Counted from the stretch's first letter, positions 20,599 to 30,764 are shown. The stretch is 64,000 nucleotides of DNA from a virus (IMGVR_UViG_3300029288_000084:32001-96000), one strand, 5' to 3'. The notes: a model not told the origin generated them from the sequence alone. A program made the numbers and translations.

Positions 20599-20629
20599 AT
20601 TATATAATATCTATTACTTTAATTTAGTA
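20599..20629 (-). promoter_or_regulatory. Promoter TACTAAAT-N17-TATAAT
   Basis: Exact motif. Confidence 0.75.
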
Positions 20630-21508
20630 AAAAAACACAAATTCACTGTTGATTGTTTTTACTTCCCCATTCTCAGCTAAAATATCTAATATCCAACCGC
20701 CGTTGATCGTAGGTAAACAATATTGTTTTGATAAGATAGTAGGACCCTGAAAAGAGCCTGCATGATAAGCTGTAATATTTCTTGCTGTAAATTCCATTGA
20801 TTGATGCCAATGACCTACCAAGAGAATTCTGGGTTTATTTCCAGGAACATATGATTCAATTCTTTTTTGTATTTTGTAACTTACAGCATATGCCCCCTTT
20901 CCAGCACCGTGAAATAGATCAAATAGAATCCCATTTATTTTAACACTACCTTCAATTGCACCAAGAAAAGTAAAATCTTTTCTTGAATGGGCAATATCTG
21001 CACCAACATTTTTACCAGCTATCTTGTAAATAGCATATTCATGATTTCCTGTTATAAAAAAACACCTTTTCAAATCAGGGACTATATTGCATAATAAATC
21101 TACTTGATCATCAACACCCACTACTTCTAATTCATATTCTTGACCACGATAAACATTGTTTGCATCAATTAAATCCCCAGGTGCAAGAAATGCTTCAACA
21201 CCCTGATCTTGAGCATATTTGATAAAAGTTTTAAGTTCTGTCTTTTTACATGCTTTAGATCCAATATGCCAATCTGACATAGCTGCAACTTTAAAGTGAT
21301 TGCCCTCAATTTTATATTCAGGTACTATTTTCGGTTGAAGTATTGGATCTGTTAAAAATGGAAGATTGTGAGATGAAAAATATTTTGATATTGATAACCA
21401 TTCCTGAGCTGTTCTATCACTAACATTAAATTCATCACATAGTTTTTTCCTGCCATATCCTTTATCAATGATGAGTTTGAATATTTCCTCTGATAGAGGT
21501 TTTGTCAT
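20624..21508 (-). CDS. Calcineurin-like metallophosphoesterase with an N-terminal HTH
   Basis: SDWHIG, GDLID, GNHE, FHG, GHWH. Confidence 0.88.
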   Translation of the reverse strand: MTKPLSEEIFKLIIDKGYGRKKLCDEFNVSDRTAQEWLSISKYFSSHNLPFLTDPILQPKIVPEYKIEGNHFKVAAMSDWHIGSKACKKTELKTFIKYAQDQGVEAFLAPGDLIDANNVYRGQEYELEVVGVDDQVDLLCNIVPDLKRCFFITGNHEYAIYKIAGKNVGADIAHSRKDFTFLGAIEGSVKINGILFDLFHGAGKGAYAVSYKIQKRIESYVPGNKPRILLVGHWHQSMEFTARNITAYHAGSFQGPTILSKQYCLPTINGGWILDILAENGEVKTINSEFVFFY

Positions 21509-21543
21509 GCATTTCTCCTTTTTGGTTGATTTTCTTGGTAAAT

Positions 21544-21753
21544 TCAGGCATTCTTTTCACCTTTAGAATAGCCATCCCTTGACCAGCAAGAACCTTTAAA
21601 AATTACAGGAGAAGCATTTAAAGTTCGTTCCATTTTATTGTGACATCTTGTACAATAAATTTCTGTTATATCTAATTCATTCAACGGAATTTTTATATCT
21701 GTCACAATATTACCGCACTCTTTATTCGTGCATTCATAATCATATACTGGCAT
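21544..21753 (-). CDS. FmdB-family zinc-ribbon protein
   Basis: MPVYDYEC...C...CTRC...FKGSCW. Late box at 21767-21774. Confidence 0.8.
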   Translation of the reverse strand: MPVYDYECTNKECGNIVTDIKIPLNELDITEIYCTRCHNKMERTLNASPVIFKGSCWSRDGYSKGEKNA

Positions 21754-22015
21754 TTCTCCTACCTATTATTTATAAATTTGCTTTAAATTCTGTAATGTTA
21801 TCTTGTATCTTCATGAGTTTGTACATTTAAACAATGCATATCTTGCATTAGCAAGAAGATGGAGCTTGCTTACTTCATCAATTTTTTTCTCTGTAAGGAA
21901 ATCAATTGTTTCTTGACAAACTTTCAGCAAATCTGATAATGCTGAAATAGCATATGCGTGTTTCTTTGAAGTTGGCTTAGCGTATTTTCTACTTGTTCAT
22001 TGAATGTTAATTCTC

Positions 22016-22606
22016 TCATTTTTTATCTTCTTTGTCTCTGATATAGTTCGTTACATGACTATTTAAATTAGCAAAAGATGCTTCTATAGTTCTGCAACCA
22101 AGATACATAGTCTGAATATGACCGGAGTAATTTCGCATCTGATCTTGAGTAAATGCATCAACAGATGCACCAATATACAACACTTCCCAGCCATCTTTCT
22201 TGACCTTTTCGATCTGATTTTTTATTTGTTCCAGTGTATATTCTGCACTAGAATTTTCTTGACCATCTGTTAAAATGACAAGCATTGTATTAGGTTTTGT
22301 TTTCAGAGTTGAATGTCTTTTTTCAACTGTATCAATAACAAAACCAATTGCATCATTTAATGCTGTCATGCCACCAGGAATATAAGTAGATTCATCTAGT
22401 GGTTTTACATCATCGATTTTTACACCATCGTAAAACATCTTATGTTGTACAGGTGCATCAAAAAATAAAAGTGAAAATAAAGTTGATTTTGATAACTTTT
22501 TTTGTTCAGTGATAAAAGTATTAAAACCACCAATAACATCCTTAAGAGTAGTCTGCATAGAACCGCTCTTATCAATAATACAAATAATTTCATTTTTTCT
22601 TTTCAT
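22016..22606 (-). CDS. von Willebrand factor A domain protein
   Basis: DKSGSM, TALNDA, TDGQEN. Confidence 0.9.
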   Translation of the reverse strand: MKRKNEIICIIDKSGSMQTTLKDVIGGFNTFITEQKKLSKSTLFSLLFFDAPVQHKMFYDGVKIDDVKPLDESTYIPGGMTALNDAIGFVIDTVEKRHSTLKTKPNTMLVILTDGQENSSAEYTLEQIKNQIEKVKKDGWEVLYIGASVDAFTQDQMRNYSGHIQTMYLGCRTIEASFANLNSHVTNYIRDKEDKK

Positions 22607-22623
22607 TTTTTATCTCCTTTATT

Positions 22624-22938
22624 TTACCAATCATGCTCTGTAACTTGCGGCTTTGATCCAAAAGATTCTATAAAAGGCATAATTTTTTCCTTAAAACATT
22701 CTGGACAAACATCAAATTCTGTTTCTGTTGATTCACCGCCACTACCTAAACAATCATTGCCATCTTCTAATTTAATGGTGACTTTTTGCATATTATTTTC
22801 ATATTCATTTGTTGCCCAATTATTATTATCTAAACCTGCATTTACTACTATTATATTTTTCTTACATATATCACAAATCAATTCAACAACTTTTTCATTT
22901 TTCTTTTTGGGAATAATAATTTGTTTTTTAATTTTCAT
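22624..22938 (-). CDS. Hypothetical CxxC protein
   Basis: CDIC...CPEC. Confidence 0.6.
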   Translation of the reverse strand: MKIKKQIIIPKKKNEKVVELICDICKKNIIVVNAGLDNNNWATNEYENNMQKVTIKLEDGNDCLGSGGESTETEFDVCPECFKEKIMPFIESFGSKPQVTEHDW

Positions 22939-22952
22939 TTTATATCTCCATT

Positions 22953-23966
22953 CTATCCATTCGCAACGGCTTCTTGATGAGTTCTTTCAAATAACTCATA
23001 CAGTGTTTTATTTTCAATTGGTTTTTGTAATTCCATTTTTTCTATATATCTCTTCGATAAAGCAAGAATATTCTCAACCCCATCTACTTGATCCAATTCC
23101 ATTATTTTTTGTAATTCACCCTCAAGTGAAAGAATTTTTACAGCAATAGGTAATTGTTTATATATTGCATCTAAAAATTGCTTATAAGCATTTTCATCTT
23201 CTTTCTTTGTTACAACAATCGAAACAGCTTTATTAAAAAAATTATAATCTTTTACTTTTTCACAATCATCTGGATAATTGATTTTTTTAAATAATTCAAA
23301 CTTTGATTTTATAAATTCGATTTTACTAGTTTCATCATCAAATAAATAAAATCCATGTTCTGTATCTGTTTCACCAAAATCTAAAGCAATCAACGAACCT
23401 AGATACATAATATTCTTTTTAATGCTCTTGCGATGAAAATGTCCAACATAAGCAAAATCAAAAAAATCAAATTCATCTATTCTATTCCCTTTATTACTTA
23501 CAACACCCTTTTGATATTCAAATCCATTTATTTCGAAATGACCAAAAGCATATTGGGCAGGGTATTGTTTAGGATTAAACCCCCAAGGAATATAAACAGA
23601 ATTTCCTTGCTTTAAGACCTCGGTATCTACAATTTTAAAACCAGTTCTTTCAAACAAAGAGTGCAAAGAATTAACTTCGTTTCGATCACGAAAATAAGCA
23701 TCGTGATTTCCACAAATCAATATAACTTCTAACCCCAAATCAATAGCAGGTTTTGTGAAACATTCATTAATAATATGGGAAGTCTGCTTATTTATTTGCT
23801 TCTTATCGTTTGTAAAATCACCGACTTGAACAACCCTTTTAACTTTTCTTTCTCTTGCAATAGGCCAGATTTGTTCTATAAATAATCTTTTTAAGATCTT
23901 ATCAGTTGCAAAATCAAAGGTTGGGTTCTGAAAATGGGCGTCACCAAATAGGAGTGTTACTGACAT
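22953..23966 (-). CDS. Recombination endonuclease nuclease subunit (gp47 / Mre11-SbcD)
   Basis: GDAHF, GDF, GNHD, GHFE, GHFH, YLGS. Confidence 0.95.
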   Translation of the reverse strand: MSVTLLFGDAHFQNPTFDFATDKILKRLFIEQIWPIARERKVKRVVQVGDFTNDKKQINKQTSHIINECFTKPAIDLGLEVILICGNHDAYFRDRNEVNSLHSLFERTGFKIVDTEVLKQGNSVYIPWGFNPKQYPAQYAFGHFEINGFEYQKGVVSNKGNRIDEFDFFDFAYVGHFHRKSIKKNIMYLGSLIALDFGETDTEHGFYLFDDETSKIEFIKSKFELFKKINYPDDCEKVKDYNFFNKAVSIVVTKKEDENAYKQFLDAIYKQLPIAVKILSLEGELQKIMELDQVDGVENILALSKRYIEKMELQKPIENKTLYELFERTHQEAVANG

Positions 23967-24838
23967 TTTTGCACCTTTTTTATTTTACAATTATCACAAA
24001 AATATCCCCGATTACTTCTACATAAAAATTCTATACCACATTTTTTACAAATATTTTTAAAAATTCTTTTCTTTAAAGAAGCACTTAAATGTTGTTTATG
24101 TAATCTAGATTGAGGTCCGCGTTTTTTACCAAGCATAGCTTTACTTTGTTTTTTCCTTGTTATTTCAGGTGTTACTTTTCCCTTTCGAGGTGCCCAATGA
24201 CCCCCAAATTTTTCTTTCATCGTTTTCATTCTTTTTTCTACAGTAGTTGGCAACTGTTTTCTTCCTGTTAATTTTTTGCTACAATTCAAATTTTGTTCTT
24301 CCGAATGTTTCCTCCCTTTATTACATAATCCTACATTTTCTTTCCATTTCTTAGCTTTAGCATTATCTTTCTTAGAAATGTGATTACTTACTAATTTTTT
24401 TTTCCATTCTTCCGAGAATATTCTATTTTTTAATTTATCGCTTATTTTTTTACTTCTTATTTTTTTGTTTTCTTCAGAAACAAAAGAATATGTATCACCA
24501 CCATTTCCACCTTCTGTTATGTTCATTCCTATTTTTGGGTTTTGTGAATCATATAACTTGATAAAATGTTTTTCCCATTCACTTAATTGTTTATGTTTTT
24601 CTTGTTTGTTTTGTACATCATTATCAAACATCATATAAACAATTTCCGTTTTTATTTTATCAATTCCATACTTATTTACAACTCTCAAAATATATTTACT
24701 AGAACCAACATATTTGAATTTATAAAATTCATTTGCGGATTGACAAAGTTTTTTTCCAATTACAAACTTATTATAAAAAGAAGATTCCGGTATTAAAACA
24801 GTTGATTTATAAATTACCCCTAACAATAGATTTAACAT
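23957..24838 (-). CDS. GIY-YIG homing endonuclease (paralog of 14124-14951)
   Basis: Shares GVIYKSTVL and WEKHFIKLYDSQNPKIG; GRKHSEE repeat. Confidence 0.82.
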   Translation of the reverse strand: MLNLLLGVIYKSTVLIPESSFYNKFVIGKKLCQSANEFYKFKYVGSSKYILRVVNKYGIDKIKTEIVYMMFDNDVQNKQEKHKQLSEWEKHFIKLYDSQNPKIGMNITEGGNGGDTYSFVSEENKKIRSKKISDKLKNRIFSEEWKKKLVSNHISKKDNAKAKKWKENVGLCNKGRKHSEEQNLNCSKKLTGRKQLPTTVEKRMKTMKEKFGGHWAPRKGKVTPEITRKKQSKAMLGKKRGPQSRLHKQHLSASLKKRIFKNICKKCGIEFLCRSNRGYFCDNCKIKKVQKCQ

Positions 24839-24853
24839 GCTTACCTCACTTTA

Positions 24854-24884
24854 ATTATAATATATTCACTGTTCTTTTTTAGTA
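24854..24884 (-). promoter_or_regulatory. Promoter variant TACTAAAA-N17-TATAAT
   Basis: One mismatch, same spacing. Confidence 0.65.
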
Positions 24885-25444
24885 TTTTCATAGAACAATT
24901 CATCTAATAAATCTGTATTCATATTTTGTACTACCAATTCATCTTCCCAAAGAATAATTGTTTTTTCCTCTGGTTGTTCGTTTCTTTCAATTACTTCTTG
25001 TTCAATTTGTGAATCAATAGGATTATTAAAATTTCTATATGACTTTTTATTATTTCGAATTGTTACAAAACATTCTTCTTCTGCCATTCTTCCAGCTACA
25101 TTCTTTATGATATCCTTTTTCTTTTTTTCGTAATTGTATTTTTGTTGAAAAGCTGATTTTATAATTTCTGTAAAATAAGAAAATGGGTTGTCTGACTTTT
25201 CTCTCGAATAATTGTACATGTAACGAAGACAATATTCAACCCCATACATTTGCATATCTTCGGAATGTTCAAAAGTAATTTTGGAAGGCCAATTAGCAAT
25301 ATATTTTCTAGCAATCAACAAAAACATTGCGCCAATTTCATTTGGACATCCTATCTCAGGATGTAATTTTTTATCTTCAAAATGTTTTTCTAAAAGTTCA
25401 ATAAATTTTTCATTGTCTAAATAGTGTATTTTTGGTTGGTTCAT
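24866..25444 (-). CDS. Late-transcription sigma factor (gp55-like)
   Basis: HYLDNEKF, IGAMFLLIA, NPFSYFTEIIKSAF...EKK. Confidence 0.9.
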   Translation of the reverse strand: MNQPKIHYLDNEKFIELLEKHFEDKKLHPEIGCPNEIGAMFLLIARKYIANWPSKITFEHSEDMQMYGVEYCLRYMYNYSREKSDNPFSYFTEIIKSAFQQKYNYEKKKKDIIKNVAGRMAEEECFVTIRNNKKSYRNFNNPIDSQIEQEVIERNEQPEEKTIILWEDELVVQNMNTDLLDELFYENTKKEQ

Positions 25445-25829
25445 TTTGTTTGTTTATTTTTCCTAATGCTATGTCTAAACTCTTCCAAGAAATCACAAAG
25501 GAAATAAGAAAACAAACAAAAAAAATTATAAATTTATTTTTACCCAAATTAACAATACCTAAATATAAAAATATAAAATATATCAACCAGCAAATTATGA
25601 ATTTTATAATATTGCTAATTTTACTTATTCCCTTTAATTTTTTATATTTGCAAAAAATAAAATTTCTATCCGCATTTGAAGCATCATCCAATTCATTTAT
25701 GTGAAATTCACACCACCCACAACCAATAGAGCCAATATATTTTTCTGGGACATATGGACATAATGTTTTACATATATGTGTTTTATTCTGATACTTATCT
25801 CTAACAATTTCAAAATACATTTTTTCCAT
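25410..25829 (-). CDS. Cys-rich domain plus two TM helices
   Basis: CKTLCPY...IGSIGCGWCEFH; hydrophobic C-terminus. Confidence 0.6.
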   Translation of the reverse strand: MEKMYFEIVRDKYQNKTHICKTLCPYVPEKYIGSIGCGWCEFHINELDDASNADRNFIFCKYKKLKGISKISNIIKFIICWLIYFIFLYLGIVNLGKNKFIIFFVCFLISFVISWKSLDIALGKINKQNEPTKNTLFRQ

Positions 25830-25831
25830 AA

Positions 25832-27055
25832 TTATCCTTTTATCACAGCTAAGGGTTTTAATTCAACTAAAATTTTAACTAAATCTTTTTGATTTTCCAT
25901 TACCTCATCAATATTTTTGTATGCTCCTGCTGCTTCATCTAAATCATTTTTATTTCTTATTCCGTGAATGATTCCCTGATCATCCAATAATTTGATTTCA
26001 TCTTCTAAAGACAATTCATTTTGTGCTCTAGTTCTACTCATTTTCCTACCAGCACCATGACTGCATGAATTGAAACTATCAGTATTTCCTAAACCTTGAA
26101 CAATGTAACTTTTTGAACCTTGACTACCTGGAATAATTCCAACTGTATCTTGTCTTGCTAAAGTTGCACCTTTACGATGAACTAAAACATTTTGTCCAAA
26201 GTGTTTTTCCAATGTAGCGTAATTATGGGCAATATTAATAATTGCATTATTTGTATCAAAATAACCTAAACCTAATATACTTTCAAAAATTCCTAAAATT
26301 CTTTCCATCATTAATTTACGATTTGCATAAGCAAATTCAACGCAATAATTCATTTCACGCAAATAAGATTGTCCATCTTCATCATCTAATGGTAAAAATG
26401 CTAATTGCCATTCTTCTGGGACAATAGAATGCCATTTACTGTTTAATTCAATTGCCAACTTATTATAATGATCTGCTACTTGTTTTCCAAGATTGCGAGA
26501 TCCAGAATGAATCATAATCCAAATATATCCATCAGATCCTTTTTGAATTTCAATAAAGTGATTTCCACTGCCGAGAGTTCCAATTTGTGTTAAAGCATTA
26601 TCATATTGTTCTTGTATAATTGGATAAGCATCAAAATCTCCATCCCAACCATCTTTTTCTAATTGGGAAAGTGGCATTAGTGTAACATCTTGTTCTTTTT
26701 CTTGATGCTTAAAACCAACTGGAACAAATTCCCTAATCTTACTCATAATCTTTTTTAAGTCTTCAGTTGAAATTTCTTGTAGAGCTGTTTTAACAGCACA
26801 CATACCACAACCAATATCAACACCAACTGCATTAGGAATTACAACATCTTTTGTTGCTAAAACACCGCCTATCGGCATTCCATAACCCATATGAACATCT
26901 GGCATAATTGCAATATGATGAAATGCAAAAGGATATCTAGCAAGATTTTCTATTTGTCCCATTGCAGATTCTTCAACATTATCAGTCCATAATTTTACAG
27001 GTAAAGTAAAATTGTTTATAGTCAATCTTGGCGGAATATCACTAATTACTTTCAT
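25832..27055 (-). CDS. rtcB: RNA ligase RtcB
   Basis: MPDVH, VGVDIGCG, GSGNHFIE, HSGSR, HN, HRKGA, SHGAGR, DEA..AYK. Confidence 0.97.
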   Translation of the reverse strand: MKVISDIPPRLTINNFTLPVKLWTDNVEESAMGQIENLARYPFAFHHIAIMPDVHMGYGMPIGGVLATKDVVIPNAVGVDIGCGMCAVKTALQEISTEDLKKIMSKIREFVPVGFKHQEKEQDVTLMPLSQLEKDGWDGDFDAYPIIQEQYDNALTQIGTLGSGNHFIEIQKGSDGYIWIMIHSGSRNLGKQVADHYNKLAIELNSKWHSIVPEEWQLAFLPLDDEDGQSYLREMNYCVEFAYANRKLMMERILGIFESILGLGYFDTNNAIINIAHNYATLEKHFGQNVLVHRKGATLARQDTVGIIPGSQGSKSYIVQGLGNTDSFNSCSHGAGRKMSRTRAQNELSLEDEIKLLDDQGIIHGIRNKNDLDEAAGAYKNIDEVMENQKDLVKILVELKPLAVIKG

Positions 27056-27519
27056 ATTTCTTTGTACCTCTTTTTAAATTCTTCATTTGTAAAAATATTA
27101 TAATCATCATTTTCTTTAACTATCCAATCACCCCACTTTGCATATTTTGAATGTTCAATTATTCTATCAACTTTATATTCAACTTGTTTAATTTCTAAAC
27201 TATTATATTGCAGACCAAAAGCAGTATTTATTAAAAAATTAATTATCAAATTTTTAGGGCAATCTTTTGTAAATTGAATAGCTTCAACTACTTCAGACTG
27301 AGGAATTTTTTCATATTTTTTAACTTCAGTTATTTCTTCTTCTTCTTCTTTTCTTTGTGAAAGTTCTCTAAATCTACAAAACACAATATTATTGTTATCA
27401 TCATGATGTGAATGAAATATGCAGTGGGTACAACAAGCAGAACCTACCTTTATGTTATATAAATATGGACATTTAGTTAAACAAAGAGGACCATCTGATT
27501 CACATTTTATTTCTCTCAT
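27052..27519 (-). CDS. Cys-rich domain plus phage hypothetical domain
   Basis: CLTKCPY...VGSACCTHCIFH; VEAIQF...GDWIVK...F..RY. Confidence 0.65.
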   Translation of the reverse strand: MREIKCESDGPLCLTKCPYLYNIKVGSACCTHCIFHSHHDDNNNIVFCRFRELSQRKEEEEEITEVKKYEKIPQSEVVEAIQFTKDCPKNLIINFLINTAFGLQYNSLEIKQVEYKVDRIIEHSKYAKWGDWIVKENDDYNIFTNEEFKKRYKEI

Positions 27520-27800
27520 TTCTTCTTCCTCTTCCTCAACCTGTAAACATCTTCAAACATGCCTAAGTAAACAAAGTTACTGGGTTGACCACCAGTAACT
27601 TTTACCCAATTTTTTCCTGTAATTTCCTTTCTGCTAAATTCTTTTGTATATAATCTTGTTGGATTTACCCAACGATTTCCATCATTACTTAAACTAATTA
27701 ATGTAACCTGTTTACAATTAACACGGGTAACTATATAATTCTCTTTATCTTTAACATACTGCCAAACCTGACCTTCCCTATACCCATCATTCTTCTTCAT
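27516..27800 (-). CDS. Hypothetical protein
   Basis: ORF with RBS downstream of a promoter. Confidence 0.6.
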   Translation of the reverse strand: MKKNDGYREGQVWQYVKDKENYIVTRVNCKQVTLISLSNDGNRWVNPTRLYTKEFSRKEITGKNWVKVTGGQPSNFVYLGMFEDVYRLRKRKKK

Positions 27801-27817
27801 TTCATACTCCTACATCT

Positions 27818-27848
27818 ATTATAAAATAAAACTTAGAATAATTTAGTA
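27818..27848 (-). promoter_or_regulatory. Promoter TACTAAAT-N17-TATAAT
   Basis: Exact motif. Confidence 0.75.
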
Positions 27849-27854
27849 ATTCAT

Positions 27855-30764
27855 TCAATTTTTCAACATAGAGACTGCATATTCTCTGAAGATTGCATTC
27901 TTCTTTTCGAAGATCCCCATCAAACCAAATTTTTCAACACAGTATTTGGTATATTGAGGCGATGATATTTTATTATCTAATAAATATTTATACATTGCTT
28001 TAAAACGACATCGTAGTTGATTGATCTGACATTTCTTAGAAAAGATATGTTGACGTGCTTTTGTGATAAGATCATTTGATAATTTTTCAACTTTTCTTAA
28101 GATATACTTAATCCATGAACGTGACATAACTTTATTTTTTTCTGCAATCTTTGTTTGATCATCTAATTCTAATCTTTTTCCATGTGCATGCAATAATTGA
28201 GTTTTTTGTAAGTATTCCCAAATTTCAGGAAATTCTCTTTGTTTCTTAACTGATTGATACATTCCTGTGTACGTAAAAATATTTTCGGTTGTATATTTTG
28301 TATCAATGTATGAGAATAAAGAAAAATTCATAATGACAATTACCTCTGAAATTTTATCTGTATTTCTGTACCCTAATACCCTTCCTAAAGCTTGATTCAA
28401 ATCATCATTTATTATTCTTGAAATCATCTCCTGTTCACAAGCTTTTGAATTTAAATATTCATAAAATGGCTCATTTGATTTTTTTGCAAGTTCTTTCAAA
28501 TCTTCTAAATAAAATCCTTTTTTCTCATTTATTTGTTCTGGATGAGGAAAAGTTAGAATGATTGCCATTTTTTTGGAACCCTCAATTTCTTGTAAAGAAT
28601 TTTTAAATCTATTTGTTCCTTTTGAATTCACAAAATTCCACTTTTGATTGATTGCATTAGCAATGATCATGTTTCCGTCTATCTTAAATCGATCCATTGT
28701 CAATTGTTTTATAAAAAGCAATCGATCTTTTCCTTGAAGAATAAATTCAGGTTTTGAAGATGAATTCATTCCCTCTACACCAATGAATGTTAATTTTGGA
28801 GAATGTATTTTATGCGACAAATCATAAATGTCAGCATCTCTTAAAATAACACAAGGAAGATCTTCTGTTGTTAGAATGGTGATATGGAAATTATCTTTCT
28901 TATACCAATCAATTTCTCTCTTTTCTAATAAAGTGGTAAAATTTCCGTAACTTTTTGCAATGAAATATTCTGTGTTTTGGTTTTGTAAATACTCAATCGT
29001 TTCTTTGTCTTGTTCATCACAATTGAAAAACAAATCACCTTGTTCCATTGTATTCCTTGTTGTATAAGCCAAAGCAGCCTTTATATTGTAATTCTTATCC
29101 ATTTTATCAATTATTTTTACAGATTTGTAAATATCTAATAAACACTCATCTTGAAAACATCTTACATGTTCTGAAAATGTTGAAATTAAATTTGACATGA
29201 AGAAAAATTTCTGAGTTGTCATTAGGTAAATTTTATTTTGTGCTTTGATTGCATCGATTTGTGCATGATACATTTCAAGCACTTGATCTTTTTCACTTTC
29301 AAACATTGGATTAGAGTAATGCGACATTAGGAAAGCTCTTATTGAAATATCTTCTAAAACAGATCTGTCGTCATCGTCTTGTACTTTACTTAATTCCTCT
29401 TTAACGAAAGAAATGATTTGTTTTTTGGTATATTCACTATTTGAGCCATTTACTGTAGCATTTGTTACAAAGTCTTCTTGAAATTTTTGTCTTTCATCTT
29501 TTTCTGTTTTGGAAAAAATTTCTTTGAAAAATAAATCATATCTTCTTGTTAATTCTTCAGCAATATTTTTTGCATTTTCTGTTTCGCCCCGATTGTATAA
29601 AACTGTGTTGTAAATCAGATTAGCATTGGAATAAATAACAATGTAGTCTTTTTGCAAATCATGTAATGTCTTTTCAATTTCTTGTAATCGTTCAATTGTA
29701 TTTGCTGTAAAGTACATTCCCTTTTCAATTAATTGACAAACTGCATATGACTTTCCTGTTCCTTCATTTGTTTTTATAATATCAATCTTGTAAGTATCAC
29801 CCTTGTATTTGTTGATTTCTAATATCAATTCTTTTATTCTTGCTTCCATCTTTTTTTGATTCACTTCTTGCGATTGGTTAAAATCGTTCATAGTAAATAC
29901 AGTTGGGTAAAATTCACCTCTTGTTGGATCAGAAATCATTTTTGAATCTGAATATACAAAAACACCAGGGCCTTTGTCTTGTGAATTTCTATGAAAATTC
30001 ATAGAACTATTTGATTCATTATAGTGAGAAAAGATCATTTGAGGGTACATATTGTTAACCTGTTTTACATATAATTCTTGAGCTTCTGTTTGAATAAAAG
30101 GATTTTTTTCTTTGAAAAATGAACCTTGAATTGGGATTTGTCCTTCATCGTATAATTCATTTTTCATATCAACATTAATTTCGAACATTTCACAAAATTG
30201 TTTATTGAAGGAAATCTTGTTTACTTTTTGTAAATTTGGAGTAGGATTGAAATATCTCGCTAAATCTTTTACAGCCTTGTCACATTTTAGTAAATCAATA
30301 AAATAGAGCGCATATGCTCTGTATTTATTTGCATCTGTGATTGGAACATTAGGGATAATTAAAATATGAAATCTATCACATGTTTTGCCATTTTTTTCTT
30401 TTTGATGATTTTTTGATTCAATTACAATATATGAGCATTGAATTCTGTTTAAAATTTCAATAGAATTTTGTAAAGTTTCCCCATCATCTATATCTAGTAA
30501 AATAGCAGATGCAATTTTCCAATTAAGATTTGTTCGATGGCCTTCTTTAAAGATAGAGGTTGAATATTTCTGCGTAGATAGTAATTCAATTAATTCTTTG
30601 TTATTTTCTTTTAATTCATTTTTGTGAAAAAATACTACACTATCAAAAGTTTTCAGTGCAGGTGATTCTGAGTCAGAGATAGAAAACCATATGTGATTTG
30701 AGTTTAAAAAATTTTTGGTAAGAGTTTTAAACTCTGAATAATTAGAATAAGATATTATTTCCAT
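27855..30764 (-). CDS. Large protein: AEP/PrimPol-like N-terminus plus a degenerate helicase-like region
   Basis: LLDIDDG, SKNH...RFHILI, DKAVKDLARYF; EGTGKS (Walker A-like), FQDE (Walker B-like), QALGRV. Confidence 0.6.
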   Translation of the reverse strand: MEIISYSNYSEFKTLTKNFLNSNHIWFSISDSESPALKTFDSVVFFHKNELKENNKELIELLSTQKYSTSIFKEGHRTNLNWKIASAILLDIDDGETLQNSIEILNRIQCSYIVIESKNHQKEKNGKTCDRFHILIIPNVPITDANKYRAYALYFIDLLKCDKAVKDLARYFNPTPNLQKVNKISFNKQFCEMFEINVDMKNELYDEGQIPIQGSFFKEKNPFIQTEAQELYVKQVNNMYPQMIFSHYNESNSSMNFHRNSQDKGPGVFVYSDSKMISDPTRGEFYPTVFTMNDFNQSQEVNQKKMEARIKELILEINKYKGDTYKIDIIKTNEGTGKSYAVCQLIEKGMYFTANTIERLQEIEKTLHDLQKDYIVIYSNANLIYNTVLYNRGETENAKNIAEELTRRYDLFFKEIFSKTEKDERQKFQEDFVTNATVNGSNSEYTKKQIISFVKEELSKVQDDDDRSVLEDISIRAFLMSHYSNPMFESEKDQVLEMYHAQIDAIKAQNKIYLMTTQKFFFMSNLISTFSEHVRCFQDECLLDIYKSVKIIDKMDKNYNIKAALAYTTRNTMEQGDLFFNCDEQDKETIEYLQNQNTEYFIAKSYGNFTTLLEKREIDWYKKDNFHITILTTEDLPCVILRDADIYDLSHKIHSPKLTFIGVEGMNSSSKPEFILQGKDRLLFIKQLTMDRFKIDGNMIIANAINQKWNFVNSKGTNRFKNSLQEIEGSKKMAIILTFPHPEQINEKKGFYLEDLKELAKKSNEPFYEYLNSKACEQEMISRIINDDLNQALGRVLGYRNTDKISEVIVIMNFSLFSYIDTKYTTENIFTYTGMYQSVKKQREFPEIWEYLQKTQLLHAHGKRLELDDQTKIAEKNKVMSRSWIKYILRKVEKLSNDLITKARQHIFSKKCQINQLRCRFKAMYKYLLDNKISSPQYTKYCVEKFGLMGIFEKKNAIFREYAVSMLKN

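Noticed and set aside
22502-23149. 215-aa plus-strand ORF, and the many other short plus-strand ORFs in the track
   Set aside because: Antisense shadows of well-supported minus-strand genes.
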